A DNA stretch of 64,000 nucleotides, from the NCBI GenBank assembly GCA_964016885.1, contig OZ024746.1:52638001-52702000 (forward strand). Reading direction: 5' to 3'. The notes beneath the pieces were generated by a model that worked only from the letters and a program-made list of their open reading frames with translations, was not told where the DNA came from and did no database searches. This document shows, piece by piece, positions 37,501 through 50,180 of this stretch; the stretch's first letter is position 1, and each line of letters begins with the position of its first letter. The translations under genes were made by a program, and so were the position numbers. The DNA comes from Eledone cirrhosa. Taxonomy: Eukaryota.

Positions 37501-40500
37501 TGGTTGCTGTGATGGTAGTGTTGTTGTTGTTATTCTAGTTAGTGGTTGCTGTGATGGTAGTGTTGTTGTTGTTGTTATTGTAGTTAGTGGTTTCTGTGAT
37601 GGTAGTGTTGTTGTTGTTATTGTAGTTAGTGGTTGCTGAGATGGTAGTGTTGTTGTTGTGGTTATTGTAGTTAGTGGTTGCTGAGATGGTAGTGTTTTTG
37701 TTGTTATTGTAGTTAGTGGTTGCTATGATGGTAGTGTTGTTGTTGTTATTGTAGTTAGTGGTTGCTGTGATGGTAGTGTTGTTGTTATTATTGTAGTTAG
37801 AGGTTGCTGAGATGGTAGTGTTGTTGTTGTTATTCTAGTTAGTGGTTGCTGTGATGGTAGTATTGTTGTTATTATTGTAGTTAGAGCTTGCTGAGATGGT
37901 AGTGTTGTTGTTGTTATTGTAGTTAGTGTTTGCTGAGATGGTAGTGTTGTTGTTGTTGTTATTGTAGTTAGAGGTTGCTGTGATGGTAGTGTTGTTGTTG
38001 TTGTTATTGTAGTTAGTGGTTTCTGTGATGGTAGTGTTGTTGTTGTTGTTATTGTAGTTAGTGGTTGCTGAGATAATAGTGTTGTTGTTGTTGTTATTGT
38101 AGTTAGTGGTTGCTGAGATGGTAGTGTTGTTGTTGTTGTTATTGTAGTTAGTGGTTGCTGAGATGGTAGTGTTGTTGTTGTTGTTATTGTAGTTAGTGGT
38201 TTTTGTGATGGTAGTGTTGTTGTTGTTATTGTAGTTAGTGGTTGCTGAGATGGTAGTGTTGTTGTTGTTGTTATTGTAGTTAGTGGTTTTTGTGATGGTA
38301 GTGTTGTTGTTGTTGTTATTGTAGTTAGTGGTTGCTGTGATGGTAGTGTTGTTGTTGTTATTGTAGTTAGTGGTTGCTGAGATGGTAGTGTTGTTGTTGT
38401 TGTTATTGTAGTTAGTGGTTTTTGTGATGGTAGTGTTGTTGTTGTTGTTATTGTAGTTAGTGGTTGCTGTGATGGTAGTGTTGTTGTTGTTATTGTAGTT
38501 AGTGGTTGCTGAGATGGTAGTGTTGTTGTTGTTGTTATTGTAGTTAGAGGTTGCTGTGATGGTAGTGTTGTTGTTGTTGTTATTGTAGTCAGTGGTTGCT
38601 GAGATAATAGTGTTGTTGTTGTTGTTATTGTAGTTACTGGTTACTGAGATGGTAGTGTTGTTGTTGTTATTGTAGTTAGTGGTTGGTGAGATGGTAGTGT
38701 TGTTGTTGTTGTTATTGTAGTTAGTGGTTTCTGTGATGGTAGTGTTGTTTTTGTTGTTGTTATTGTAGTTAGTGGTTGCTGAGATAATAGTGTTGTTGTT
38801 GTTGTTATTGTAGTTAGTGGTTGCTGAGATGGTAGTGTTGTTGTTGTTATCGTAGTTAGTGGTTTCTGTGATGGTAGTGTTGTTGTTGTTGTTATTGTAG
38901 TTAGTGGTTGCTGAGATAATAGTGTTGTTGTTGTTGTTATTGTAGTTAGTGGTTGCTGAGATGGTAGTGTTGTTGTTGTTGTTATTGTAGTTAGTGGTTG
39001 CTGAGATGGTAGTGTTGTTGTTGTTGTTATTGTAGTTAGTGGTTTCTGTGATGGTAGTGTTGTTGTTGTTGTTATTGTAGTTAGTGGTTGCTGTGATGGT
39101 AGTGTTGTTGTTGTTAGTGTAGTTAGTGGTTGCTGAGATGGTAGTCTTGTTGTTGTTGTTATTGTAGTTAGTGGTTGCTGAGATGGTAGTGTTGTTGTTG
39201 CTGTTATTGTAGTTAGTGGTTTCTGTGATGGTAGTGTTGTTGTTGTTGTTATTGTAGTTAGTGGTTGCTGTGATGGTAGTGTTGTTGTTGTTATTCTAGT
39301 TAGTGGTTGCTGTGATGGTAGTGTTGTTGTTGTTGTTATTGTAGTTAGTGGTTTCTGTGATGGTAGTGTTGTTGTTGTTATTGTAGTTAGTGGTTGCTGA
39401 GATGGTAGTGTTGTTGTTGTGGTTATTGTAGTTAGTGGTTTCTGTGATGGTAGTGTTGTTGTTGTTATTGTAGTTAGTGGTTGCTGAGATGGTAGTGTTG
39501 TTGTTGTTATTGTAGCTAGTGGTTGCTGTGATGGTAGTGTTGTTGTTGTTATTGTGTAGTTAGTGGTTGCTATGATGGTAGTGATGTTGTTGTTATTGTA
39601 GCTAGTGGTTGCTGTGTTGTTAGTGTTGTTGTTGTTATTGTAGTTAGTGGTTGCTATGCTGGTAGTGTTGTTGTTGTTATTGTAGCTAGTGGTTGCTGTG
39701 ATGGTAGTGTTTTTGTTGTTATTGTAGTTAGTGGTTGCTATGATGGTAGTGTTGTTGTTGTTATTGTAGTTAGTGGTTGCTATGATGGTAGTGTTGTTGT
39801 TGTTATTGTAGCTAGTGGTTGCTGAGATGGTAGTGTTGTTGTTGTTGTTATTGTTGTTAGTGGTTGCTGAGATGGTAGTGTTGTTGTTGTTATTGTAGTT
39901 AGTGGTTGCTGTGATGGTAGTGTTGTTGTTGTTATTGTAGTTAGAGGTTGCTGAGATGGTAGTGTTGTTGTTGTTATTGTAGTTAGTGGTTGCTGTGATG
40001 GTAGTGTTGTTGTTGTTATTGTAGTTAGTGTTTGCTGAGATGGTAGTGTTGTTGTTGTTTTTATTGTAGTTAGTGTTTGCTGAGATGGTAGTGTTGTTGT
40101 TGTTTTTATTGTAGTTAGTGGTTGCTGAGATGGTAGTGTTGTTGTTGTTGTTATTGTAGTTAGTGGTTTCTGTGATGGTAGTGTTGTTGTTGTTGTTATT
40201 GTAGTTAGTGGTTGCTGAGATGGTAGTGTTGTTGTTGTTGTTATTGTAGTTAGTGGTTTTTGTGATGGTAGTGTTGTTGTTGTTGTTATTGTAGTTAGTG
40301 GTTGCTGTGATGGTAGTGTTGTTGTTGTTATTGTAGTTAGTGGTTGCTGAGATGGTAGTGTTGTTGTTGTTGTTATTGTAGTTAGTGGTTTTTGTGATGG
40401 TAGTGTTGTTGTTGTTGTTATTGTAGTTAGTGGTTGCTGTGATGGTAGTGTTGTTGTTGTTATTGTAGTTAGTGGTTGCTGAGATGGTAGTGTTGTTGTT

Positions 40501-41105
40501 GTTGTTATTGTAGTTAGAGGTTGCTGTGATGGTAGTGTTGTTGTTGTTGTTATTGTAGTCAGTGGTTGCTGAGATAATAGTGTTGTTGTTGTTGTTATTG
40601 TAGTTACTGGTTACTGAGATGGTAGTGTTGTTGTTGTTATTGTAGTTAGTGGTTGCTGAGATGGTAGTGTTGTTGTTGTTGTTATTGTAGTTAGTGGTTT
40701 CTGTGATGGTAGTGTTGTTGTTGTTGTTGTTATTGTAGTTAGTGGTTGCTGAGATAATAGTGTTGTTGTTGTTGTTATTGTAGTTAGTGGTTGCTGAGAT
40801 GGTAGTGTTGTTGTTGTTATCGTAGTTAGTGGTTTCTGTGATGGTAGTGTTGTTGTTGTTGTTATTGTAGTTAGTGGTTGCTGAGATAATAGTGTTGTTG
40901 TTGTTGTTATTGTAGTTAGTGGTTGCTGAGATGGTAGTGTTGTTGTTGTTGTTATTGTAGTTAGTGGTTGCTGAGATGGTAGTGTTGTTGTTGTTGTTAT
41001 TGTAGTTAGTGGTTTCTGTGATGGTAGTGTTGTTGTTGTTGTTATTGTAGTCAGTGGTTGCTGAGATAATAGTGTTGTTGTTGTTGTTATTGTAGTTACT
41101 GGTTA

Positions 41106-44100
41106 CTGAGATGGTAGTGTTGTTGTTGTTATTGTAGTTAGTGGTTGCTGAGATGGTAGTGTTGTTGTTGTTGTTATTGTAGTTAGTGGTTTCTGTGATG
41201 GTAGTGTTGTTGTTGTTGTTGTTATTGTAGTTAGTGGTTGCTGAGATAATAGTGTTGTTGTTGTTGTTATTGTAGTTAGTGGTTGCTGAGATGGTAGTGT
41301 TGTTGTTGTTGTTATCGTAGTTAGTGGTTTCTGTGATGGTAGTGTTGTTGTTGTTGTTATTGTAGTTAGTGGTTGCTGAGATAATAGTGTTGTTGTTGTT
41401 GTTATTGTAGTTAGTGGTTGCTGAGATGGTAGTGTTGTTGTTGTTGTTATCGTAGTTAGTGGTTTCTGTGATGGTAGTGTTGTTGTTGTTGTTATTGTAG
41501 TTAGTGGTTGCTGAGATAATAGTGTTGTTGTTGTTGTTATTGTAGTTAGTGGTTGCTGAGATGGTAGTGTTGTTGTTGTTGTTATCGTAGTTAGTGGTTT
41601 CTGTGATGGTAGTGTTGTTGTTGTTGTTATTGTAGTTAGTGGTTTCTGAGATGGTAGTGTTGTTGTTGTTGTTATTGTAGTTAGTGGTTTCTGTGATGGT
41701 AGTGTTGTTGTTGTTGTTATTGTAGTTAGTGGTTGCTGAGATGGTAGTGTTGTTGTTGTTGTTATTGTAGTTAGTGGTTGCTGAGATGGTAGTGTTGTTG
41801 TTGTTGTTATTGTAGTTAGTGGTTGCTGAGATGGTAGTGTTGTTGTTGTTGTTATTGTAGTTAGTGGTTTCTGTGATGGTAGTGTTGTTGTTGTTGTTAT
41901 TGTAGTTAGTGGTTGCTGAGATGGTAGTGTTGTTGTTGTTGTTATTGTAGTTAGTGGTTGCTGAGATGGTAGTGTTGTTGTTGTTGTTATTGTAGTTAGT
42001 GGTTTCTGTGATGGTAGTGTTGTTGTTGTTGTTATTGTAGTTAGTGGTTGCTGTGATGGTAGTGTTGTTGTTGTTGTTATTGTAGTTAGTGGTTTCTGTG
42101 ATGGTAGTGTTGTTGTTGTTGTTATTGTAGTTAGTGGTTGCTGAGATGGTAGTGTTGTTGTTGTTGTTATTGTAGTTAGTGGTTTCTGTGATGGTAGTGT
42201 TGTTGTTGTTGTTATTGTAGTTAGTGGTTGCTGTGATGGTAGTGTTGTTGTTGTTGTTATTGTAGTTAGTGGTTTCTGTGATGGTAGTGTTGTTGTTGTT
42301 GTTATTGTAGTTAGTGGTTGCTGTGATGGTAGTGTTGTTGTTGTTGTTATTGTAGTTAGTGGTTTCTGTGATGGTAGTGTTGTTGTTGTTGTTATCGTAG
42401 TTAGTGGTTTCTGTGATGGTAGTGTTGTTGTTGTTGTTATTGTAGTTAGTGGTTGCTGAGATGGTAGTGTTGTTGTTGTTGTTATTGTAGTTAGTGGTTG
42501 CTGAGATGGTAGTGTTGTTGTTGTTGTTATTGTAGTTAGTGGTTTCTGTGATGGTAGTGTTGTTGTTGTTGTTATTGTAGTTAGTGGTTGCTGTGATGGT
42601 AGTGTTGTTGTTGTTGTTATTGTAGTTAGTGGTTTCTGAGATGATAGTGTTGTTGTTGTTATTGTAGTTAGTGGTTGCTGAGATGGTAGTGTTGTTGTTG
42701 TTGTTATTGTAGTTAGTGGTTGCTGTGATGGTAGTGTTGTTGTTGTTGTTATTGTAGTTAGTGGTTGCTGTGATGGTAGTGTTGTTGTTGTTGTTATTGT
42801 AGTTAGTGGTTTCTGTGATGGTAGTGTTGTTGTTGTTGTTATTGTAGTTAGTGGTTGCTGTGATGGTAGTGTTGTTGTTGTTGTTATTGTAGTTAGTGGT
42901 TTCTGTGATGGTAGTGTTGTTGTTGTTGTTATTGTAGTTAGTGGTTGCTGTGATGGTAGTGTTGTTGTTGTTGTTATTGTAGTTAGTGGTTTCTGTGATG
43001 GTAGTGTTGTTGTTGTTGTTATTGTAGTTAGTGGTTGCTGTGATGGTAGTGTTGTTGTTGTTGTTATTGTAGTTAGTGGTTTCTGTGATGGTAGTGTTGT
43101 TGTTGTTGTTATTGTAGTTAGTGGTTGCTGTGATGGTACTGTTGTTGTTGTTGTTATTGTAGTTAGTGGTTTCTGTGATGGTAGTGTTGTTGTTGTTGTT
43201 ATTGTAGTTAGTGGTTGCTGTGATGGTAGTGTTGTTGTTGTTGTTATTGTAGTTAGTGGTTGCTGTGATGGTAGTGTTGTTGTTGTTGTTATTGTAGTTA
43301 GTGGTTTCTGTGATGGTAGTGTTGTTGTTGTTGTTATTGTAGTTAGTGGTTGCTGTGATGGTAGTGTTGTTGTTGTTGTTATTGTAGTTAGTGGTTGCTG
43401 TGATGGTAGTGTTGTTGTTGTTGTTATTGTAGTTAGTGGTTTCTGTGATGGTAGTGTTGTTGTTGTTGTTATTGTAGTTAGTGGTTGCTGTGATGGTAGT
43501 GTTGTTGTTGTTGTTATTGTAGTTAGTGGTTGCTGTGATGGTAGTGTTGTTGTTGTTGTTATTGTAGTTAGTGATTGCTGTGATGGTAGTGTTGTTATTG
43601 TTGTTATTGTAGTTAGTGGTTGCTGTGATGGTAGTGTTGTTGTTGTTGTTATTGTAGTTAGTGGTTTCTGTGATGGTAGTGTTGTTGTTGTTGTTATTGT
43701 AGTTAGTGGTTTCTGTGATGGTAGTGTTGTTGTTGTTGTTATTGTAGTTAGTGGTTGCTGTGATGGTAGTGTTGTTGTTGTTGTTATTGTAGTTAGTGGT
43801 TGCTGAGATGGTAGTCTTGTTGTTGTTGTTATTGTAGTTAGTGGTTTCTGTGATGGTAGTGTTGTTGTTGTTGTTATTGTAGTTAGTGGTTGCTGTGATG
43901 GTAGTGTTGTTGTTGTTGTTATTGTAGTTAGTGGTTGCTGTGATGGTAGTGTTGTTGTTGTTGTTATTGTAGTTAGTGGTTTCTGTGATGGTAGTGTTGT
44001 TGTTGTTGTTATTGTAGTTAGTGGTTTCTGTGATGGTAGTGTTGTTGTTGTTGTTATTGTAGTTAGTGGTTGCTGTGATGGTAGTGTTGTTGTTGTTGTT

Positions 44101-44774
44101 ATTTTAGTTAGTGGTTGCTGAGATGGTAGTCTTGTTGTTGTTGTTATTGTAGTTAGTGGTTTCTGTGATGGTAGTGTTGTTGTTGTTGTTATTGTAGTTA
44201 GTGGTTGCTGTGATGGTAGTGTTGTTGTTGTTGTTATTGTAGTTAGTGGTTGCTGAGATGGTAGTGTTGTTGTTGTTGTTATTGTAGTTAGTGGTTTCTG
44301 TGATGGTAGTGTTGTTGTTGTTGTTATTGTAGTTAGTGGTTGCTGTGATGGTAGTGTTGTTGTTGTTGTTATTGTAGTTAGTGGTTGCTGAGATGGTAGT
44401 CTTGTTGTTGTTGTTATTGTAGTTAGTGGTTGCTGAGATGGTAGTGTTGTTGTTGCTGTTATTGTAGTTAGTGGTTTCTGTGATGGTAGTGTTGTTGTTG
44501 TTGTTATTGTAGTTAGTGGTTGCTGTGATGGTAGTGTTGTTGTTATTCTAGTTAGTGGTTGCTGTGATGGTAGTGTTGTTGTTGTTGTTATTGTAGTTAG
44601 TGGTTTCTGTGATGGTAGTGTTGTTGTTGTTATTGTAGTTAGTGGTTGCTGAGATGGTAGTGTTGTTGTTGTTATTGTAGCTAGTGGTTGCTGTGATGGT
44701 AGTGTTGTTGTTGTTATTGTAGTTAGTGGTTGCTGTGATGGTAGTGTTTTTGTTGTTATTGTAGTTAGTGGTTG
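41106..44774 (-). other. Stop-free, start-less reading frame of ~1,220 codons reading (Q[Q/K]PLTTITTTTTLPS)n; mucin/PTS-like composition, coding status unsupported
   Basis: The reverse complement reads CAG CAA CCA CTA ACT ACA ATA ACA ACA ACA ACA ACA CTA CCA TC(T/A). It is bounded by TAG (+ strand CTA at 44775-44777) and TAA (+ strand TTA at 41103-41105). I saw no ATG, unique domain or splice context. Openness follows automatically from the unit sequence; the confidence refers to it being functional coding sequence. Confidence 0.15.
41221..44530 (+). repeat. Homogenised block of almost pure 45-bp units (one 42-bp unit near 42643)
   Basis: The phase repeats every 180 bp (4 x 45) throughout, apart from one 3-bp shift. 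Units differ mainly by TGC/TTC and TGA/TGT. Confidence 0.9.
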
Positions 44775-47700
44775 CTATGATGGTAGTGTTGTTGTTGTTA
44801 TTGTAGCTAGTGGTTGCTGAGATGGTAGTGTTGTTGTTGTTGTTATTGTTGTTAGTGGTTGCTGAGATGGTAGTGTTGTTGTTGTTGTTATTGTAGTTAG
44901 TGGTTGCTGTGATGGTAGTGTTGTTGTTGTTATTGTAGTTAGAGGTTGCTGAGATGGTAGTGTTGTTGTTGTTATTGTAGTTAGTGGTTGCTGTGATGGT
45001 AGTGTTGTTGTTGTTATTGTAGTTAGTGTTTGCTGAGATGGTAGTGTTGTTGTTGTTTTTATTGTAGTTAGTGTTTGCTGAGATGGTAGTGTTGTTGTTG
45101 TTTTTATTGTAGTTAGTGGTTGCTGAGATGGTAGTGTTGTTTGTGTTGTTATTGTAGTTAGTGGTTTCTGTGATGGTAGTGTTGTTGTTGTTGTTATTGT
45201 AGTTAGAGGTTTCTGAGATGGTAGTGTTGTTGTTGATGTTATTGTAGTTAGTGGTTGCTGTGATGGTAGTGTTGTTGTTGTTATTGTAGTTAGTGGTTGC
45301 TGTGATGGTAGTGTTGTTGTTGTTGTTATTTTAGTTAGTGGTTGCTGAGATGGTAGTCTTGTTGTTGTTGTTATTGTAGTTAGTGGTTTCTGTGATGGTA
45401 GTGTTGTTGTTGTTGTTATTGTAGTTAGTGGTTGCTGTGATGGTAGTGTTGTTGTTGTTGTTATTGTAGTTAGTGGTTGCTGAGATGGTAGTGTTGTTGT
45501 TGTTGTTATTGTAGTTAGTGGTTTCTGTGATGGTAGTGTTGTTGTTGTTGTTATTGTAGTTAGTGGTTGCTGTGATGGTAGTGTTGTTGTTGTTGTTATT
45601 GTAGTTAGTGGTTGCTGAGATGGTAGTGTTGTTGTTGTTGTTATTGTTGTTAGTGGTTGCTGAGATGGTAGTGTTGTTGTTGTTGTTATTGTAGTTAGTG
45701 GTTGCTGTGATGGTAGTGTTGTTGTTGTTATTGTAGTTAGAGGTTGCTGAGATGGTAGTGTTGTTGTTGTTATTGTAGTTAGTGGTTGCTGTGATGGTAG
45801 TGTTGTTGTTGTTATTGTAGTTAGTGTTTGCTGAGATGGTAGTGTTGTTGTTGTTTTTATTGTAGTTAGTGTTTGCTGAGATGGTAGTGTTGTTGTTGTT
45901 TTTATTGTAGTTAGTGGTTGCTGAGATGGTAGTGTTGTTTGTGTTGTTATTGTAGTTAGTGGTTTCTGTGATGGTAGTGTTGTTGTTGTTGTTATTGTAG
46001 TTAGAGGTTTCTGAGATGGTAGTGTTGTTGTTGATGTTATTGTAGTTAGTGGTTTCTGTGATGGTAGTGTTGTTGTTGTTATTGTAGTTAGTGGTTGCTG
46101 AGATAATAGTGTTGTTGTTGTTGTTATTGTAGTTAGTGGTTGCTGAGATGATAGTATTGTTGTTGTTGTTATTGTAGTTAGTGTTTGCTGAGATGGTAGT
46201 GTTGTTGTTGTTGTTATTGTAGTTAGTGGTTTCTGTGATGGTAGTGTTGTTGTTGTTGTTATTGTAGTTAGTGGTTGCTGTGATGGTTGTGTTGTTGTTG
46301 TTATTGTAGTTAGTGGTTGCTGAGATGGTAGTGTTGTTGTTGTTGTTATAGGTAGTTAGTGGTTGCTGAGATGGTAGTGTTGTTGTTGTTGTTATTGAAG
46401 TTAGTGGTTTCTGTGATGGTAGTGTTGTTGTTGTTGTTATTGTAGTTAAAGGTTGCTGTGATGGTAGTGTTGTTGTTGTTATTCTACTTAGTGGTTGCTG
46501 TGATGGTAGTGTTGTTGTTGTTGTTATTGTAGTTAGTGGTTTCTGTGATGGTAGTGTTGTTGTTGTTATTGTAGTTAGTGGTTGCTGAGATGGTTGTGTT
46601 GTTGTTGTTATTGTAGTTAGTGGTTGCTGAGATGGTAGTGTTGTTGTTGTTGTTATTGTAGTTAGAGTTTGCTGAGATGGTAGTATTGTTGTTGTTGTTA
46701 TTGTAGTTAGTGGTTGCTGTGATGGTAGTGTTGTTGTTGTTGTTATTGTAGTTAGAGGTTGCTGAGATGGTAGTGTTGTTGTTGTTATTCTAGTTAGTGG
46801 TTGCTGTGATGGTAGTGTTGTTGTTGTTGTTATTGTAGTTAGTGATTTCTGTGATGGTAGTGTTGTTGTTGTTATTGTAGTTAGTGGTTTCTGTGATGGT
46901 AGTGTTGTTGTTGTTGTTATTGTAGTTAGTGGTTGCTGAGATGGTAGTGTTGTTGTTGTTGTTATTGTAGTTAGAGGTTGCTGTGATGGTAGTGTTGTTG
47001 TTGTTGTTATTGTAGTTAGTGGTTTCTGTGATGGTAGTGTTGTTGTTGTTGTTATTGTAGTTAGTGGTTTCTGTGATGGTAGTGTTGTTGTTGTTATTCT
47101 AGTTAGTGGTTGCTGTGATGGTAGTGTTGTTGTTATTATTGTAGTTAGAGCTTGCTGAAATGGTAGTGTTGTTGTTGTTGTTATTGTAGTTAGTGGTTTT
47201 TGTGATGGTAGTGTTGTTGTTGTTGTTATTGTAGTTAGTGGTTGCTGTGATGGTAGTGTTGTTGTTGTTATTGTAGTTAGTGGTTGCTGAGATGGTAGTG
47301 TTGTTGTTGTTGTTATTGTAGTTAGTGGTTGCTGTGATGGTAGTGTTGTTGTTGTTGTTATTGTAGTTAGTTTTTTTCTGTGATGGTAGTGTTGTTGTTG
47401 TTGTTATTGTAGTTAGTGGTTGCTGAGATAATAGTGTTGTTGTTGTTGTTATTGTAGTTAGTGGTTGCTGAGATGATAGTGTTGTTGTTGTTGTTATTGT
47501 AGTTAGTGGTTGCTGAGATGGTAGTGTTGTTGTTGTTGTTATTGTAGTTAGTAGTTTTTGTGATGGTAGTGTTGTTGTTGTTGTTATTGTAGTTAGTGGT
47601 TGCTGTGATGGTAGTGTTGTTGTTGTTATTGTAGTTAGTGGTTGCTGAGATGGTAGTGTTGTTGTTGTTGTTATTGTAGTTAGTGGTTGCAGAGATGGTA

Positions 47701-49149
47701 GTGTTGTTGTTGTTATTGTAGTTAGTGGTTGCTGAGATGGTAGTGTTGTTTTTGTTGTTATTGTAGTTAGTGGTTTCTGTGATGGTAGTGTTGTTGTTGT
47801 TGTTATTGTAGTTAGTGGTTGCTGAGATAATAGTGTTGTTGTTGTTGTTATTGTAGTTAGTGGTTGCTGAGATGGTAGTGTTGTTGTTGTTGTTATTCTA
47901 GTTAGTGGTTGCTGAGATGGTAGTGTTGTTGTTGTTGTTATTGTAGTTAGTGGTTTTTGTGATGGTAGTGTTGTTGTTGTTGTTATTGTAGTTAGTGGTT
48001 GCTGTGATGGTAGTGTTGTTGTTGTTATTGTAGTTAGTGGTTGCTGAGATGGTAGTGTTGTTGTTGTTGTTATTGTAGTTAGTGGTTTTTGTGATGGTAG
48101 TGTTGTTGTTGTTGTTATTGTAGTTAGTGGTTGCTGTGATGGTAGTGTTGTTGTTGTTATTGTAGTTAGTGGTTGCTGAGATGGTAGTGTTGTTGTTGTT
48201 GTTATTGTAGTTAGAGGTTGCTGTGATGGTAGTGTTGTTGTTGTTGTTATTGTAGTCAGTGGTTGCTGAGATAATAGTGTTGTTGTTGTTGTTATTGTAG
48301 TTACTGGTTACTGAGATGGTAGTGTTGTTGTTGTTATTGTAGTTAGTGGTTGCTGAGATGGTAGTGTTGTTGTTGTTGTTATTGTAGTTAGTGGTTTCTG
48401 TGATGGTAGTGTTGTTGTTGTTGTTGTTATTGTAGTTAGTGGTTGCTGAGATAATAGTGTTGTTGTTGTTGTTATTGTAGTTAGTGGTTGCTGAGATGGT
48501 AGTGTTGTTGTTGTTGTTATCGTAGTTAGTGGTTTCTGTGATGGTAGTGTTGTTGTTGTTATTGTAGTTAGTGGTTTCTGTGATGGTAGTGTTGTTGTTG
48601 TTGTTATTGTAATTAGTGGTTGCTGAGATAATAGTGTTGTTGTTGTTGTTATTGTAGTTAGTGGTTGCTGAGATAATAGTGTTGTTGTTGTTGTTATTGT
48701 AGTTAGTGGTTGCTGAGATGGTAGTGTTGTTGTTGTTGTTATTGTAGTTAGTGGTTGCTGAGATAATAGTGTTGTTGTTGTTGTTATTGTAGTTAGTGGT
48801 TTCTGTGATGGTAGTGTTGTTGTTGTTGTTATTGTAGTTAGTGGTTGCTGAGATGGTAGTGTTGTTGTTGTTGTTATTGTAGTTAGTGGTTGCTGAGATA
48901 ATAGTGTTGTTGTTGTTGTTATTGTAGTTAGTGGTTGCTGAGATGGTAGTGTTGTTGTTGTTATCGTAGTTAGTGGTTTCTGTGATGGTAGTGTTGTTGT
49001 TGTTGTTATTGTAGTTAGTGGTTGCTGAGATAATAGTGTTGTTGTTGTTGTTATTGTAGTTAGTGGTTGCTGAGATGGTAGTGTTGTTGTTGTTGTTATT
49101 GTAGTTAGTGGTTTCTGTGATGGTAGTGTTGTTGTTGTTATTGTAGTTA

Positions 49150-50180
49150 GTGGTTGCTGAGATAATAGTGTTGTTGTTGTTGTTATTGTAGTTAGTGGTT
49201 GCTGAGATGGTAGTGTTGTTGTTGTTGTTATTGTAGTTAGTGTTTGCTGAGATGGTAGTGTTGTTGTTGTTGTTATTGTAGTTAGTGGTTGCTGAGATGG
49301 TAGTGTTGTTGTTGTTGTTATTGTAGTTAGTGGTTGCTGAGATGGTAGTGTTGTTGTTGTTGTTATTGTAGTTAGTGGTTGCTGAGATAATAGTGTTGTT
49401 GTTGTTGTTATTGTAGTTAGTGGTTGCTGAGATGGTAGTGTTGTTGTTGTTGTTATTGTAGTTAGTGTTTGCTGAGATGGTAGTGTTGTTGTTGTTGTTA
49501 TTGTAGTTAGTGGTTGCTGAGATGGTAGTGTTGTTGTTGTTGTTATTGTAGTTAGTGGTTGCTGAGATGGTAGTGTTGTTGTTGTTGTTATTGTAGTTAG
49601 TGGTTGCTGAGATGGTAGTGTTGTTGTTGTTGTTATTGTAGTTAGTGGTTGCTGAGATAATAGTGTTGTTGTTGTTGTTATTGTAGTTAGTGGTTGCTGA
49701 GATGGTAGTGTTGTTGTTGTTGTTATTGTAGTTAGTGTTTGCTGAGATGGTAGTGTTGTTGTTGTTGTTATTGTAGTTAGTGGTTGCTGAGATGGTAGTG
49801 TTGTTGTTGTTGTTATTGTAGTTAGTGGTTGCTGAGATAATAGTGTTGTTGTTGTTGTTATTGTAGTTAGTGGTTGCTGAGATGGTAGTGTTGTTGTTGT
49901 TGTTATTGTAGTTAGTGTTTGCTGAGATGGTAGTGTTGTTGTTGTTGTTATTGTAGTTAGTGGTTGCTGAGATGGTAGTGTTGTTGTTGTTGTTATTGTA
50001 GTTAGTGGTTGCTGAGATGGTAGTGTTGTTGTTGTTGTTATTGTAGTTAGTGGTTACTGAGATAATAGTGTTGTTGTTGTTGTTATTGTAGTTAGTGGTT
50101 GCTGAGATGGTAGTGTTGTTGTTGTTGTTATTGTAGTTAGTGGTTGCTGAGATGGTAGTGTTGTTGTTGTTGTTATTGTA
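49150..50180 (+). repeat. Homogenised block of 45-bp units that all end in CTGA
   Basis: No TGT-type unit in this interval; recurrent GATAAT and AGTGTTTGC variants. Confidence 0.85.
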
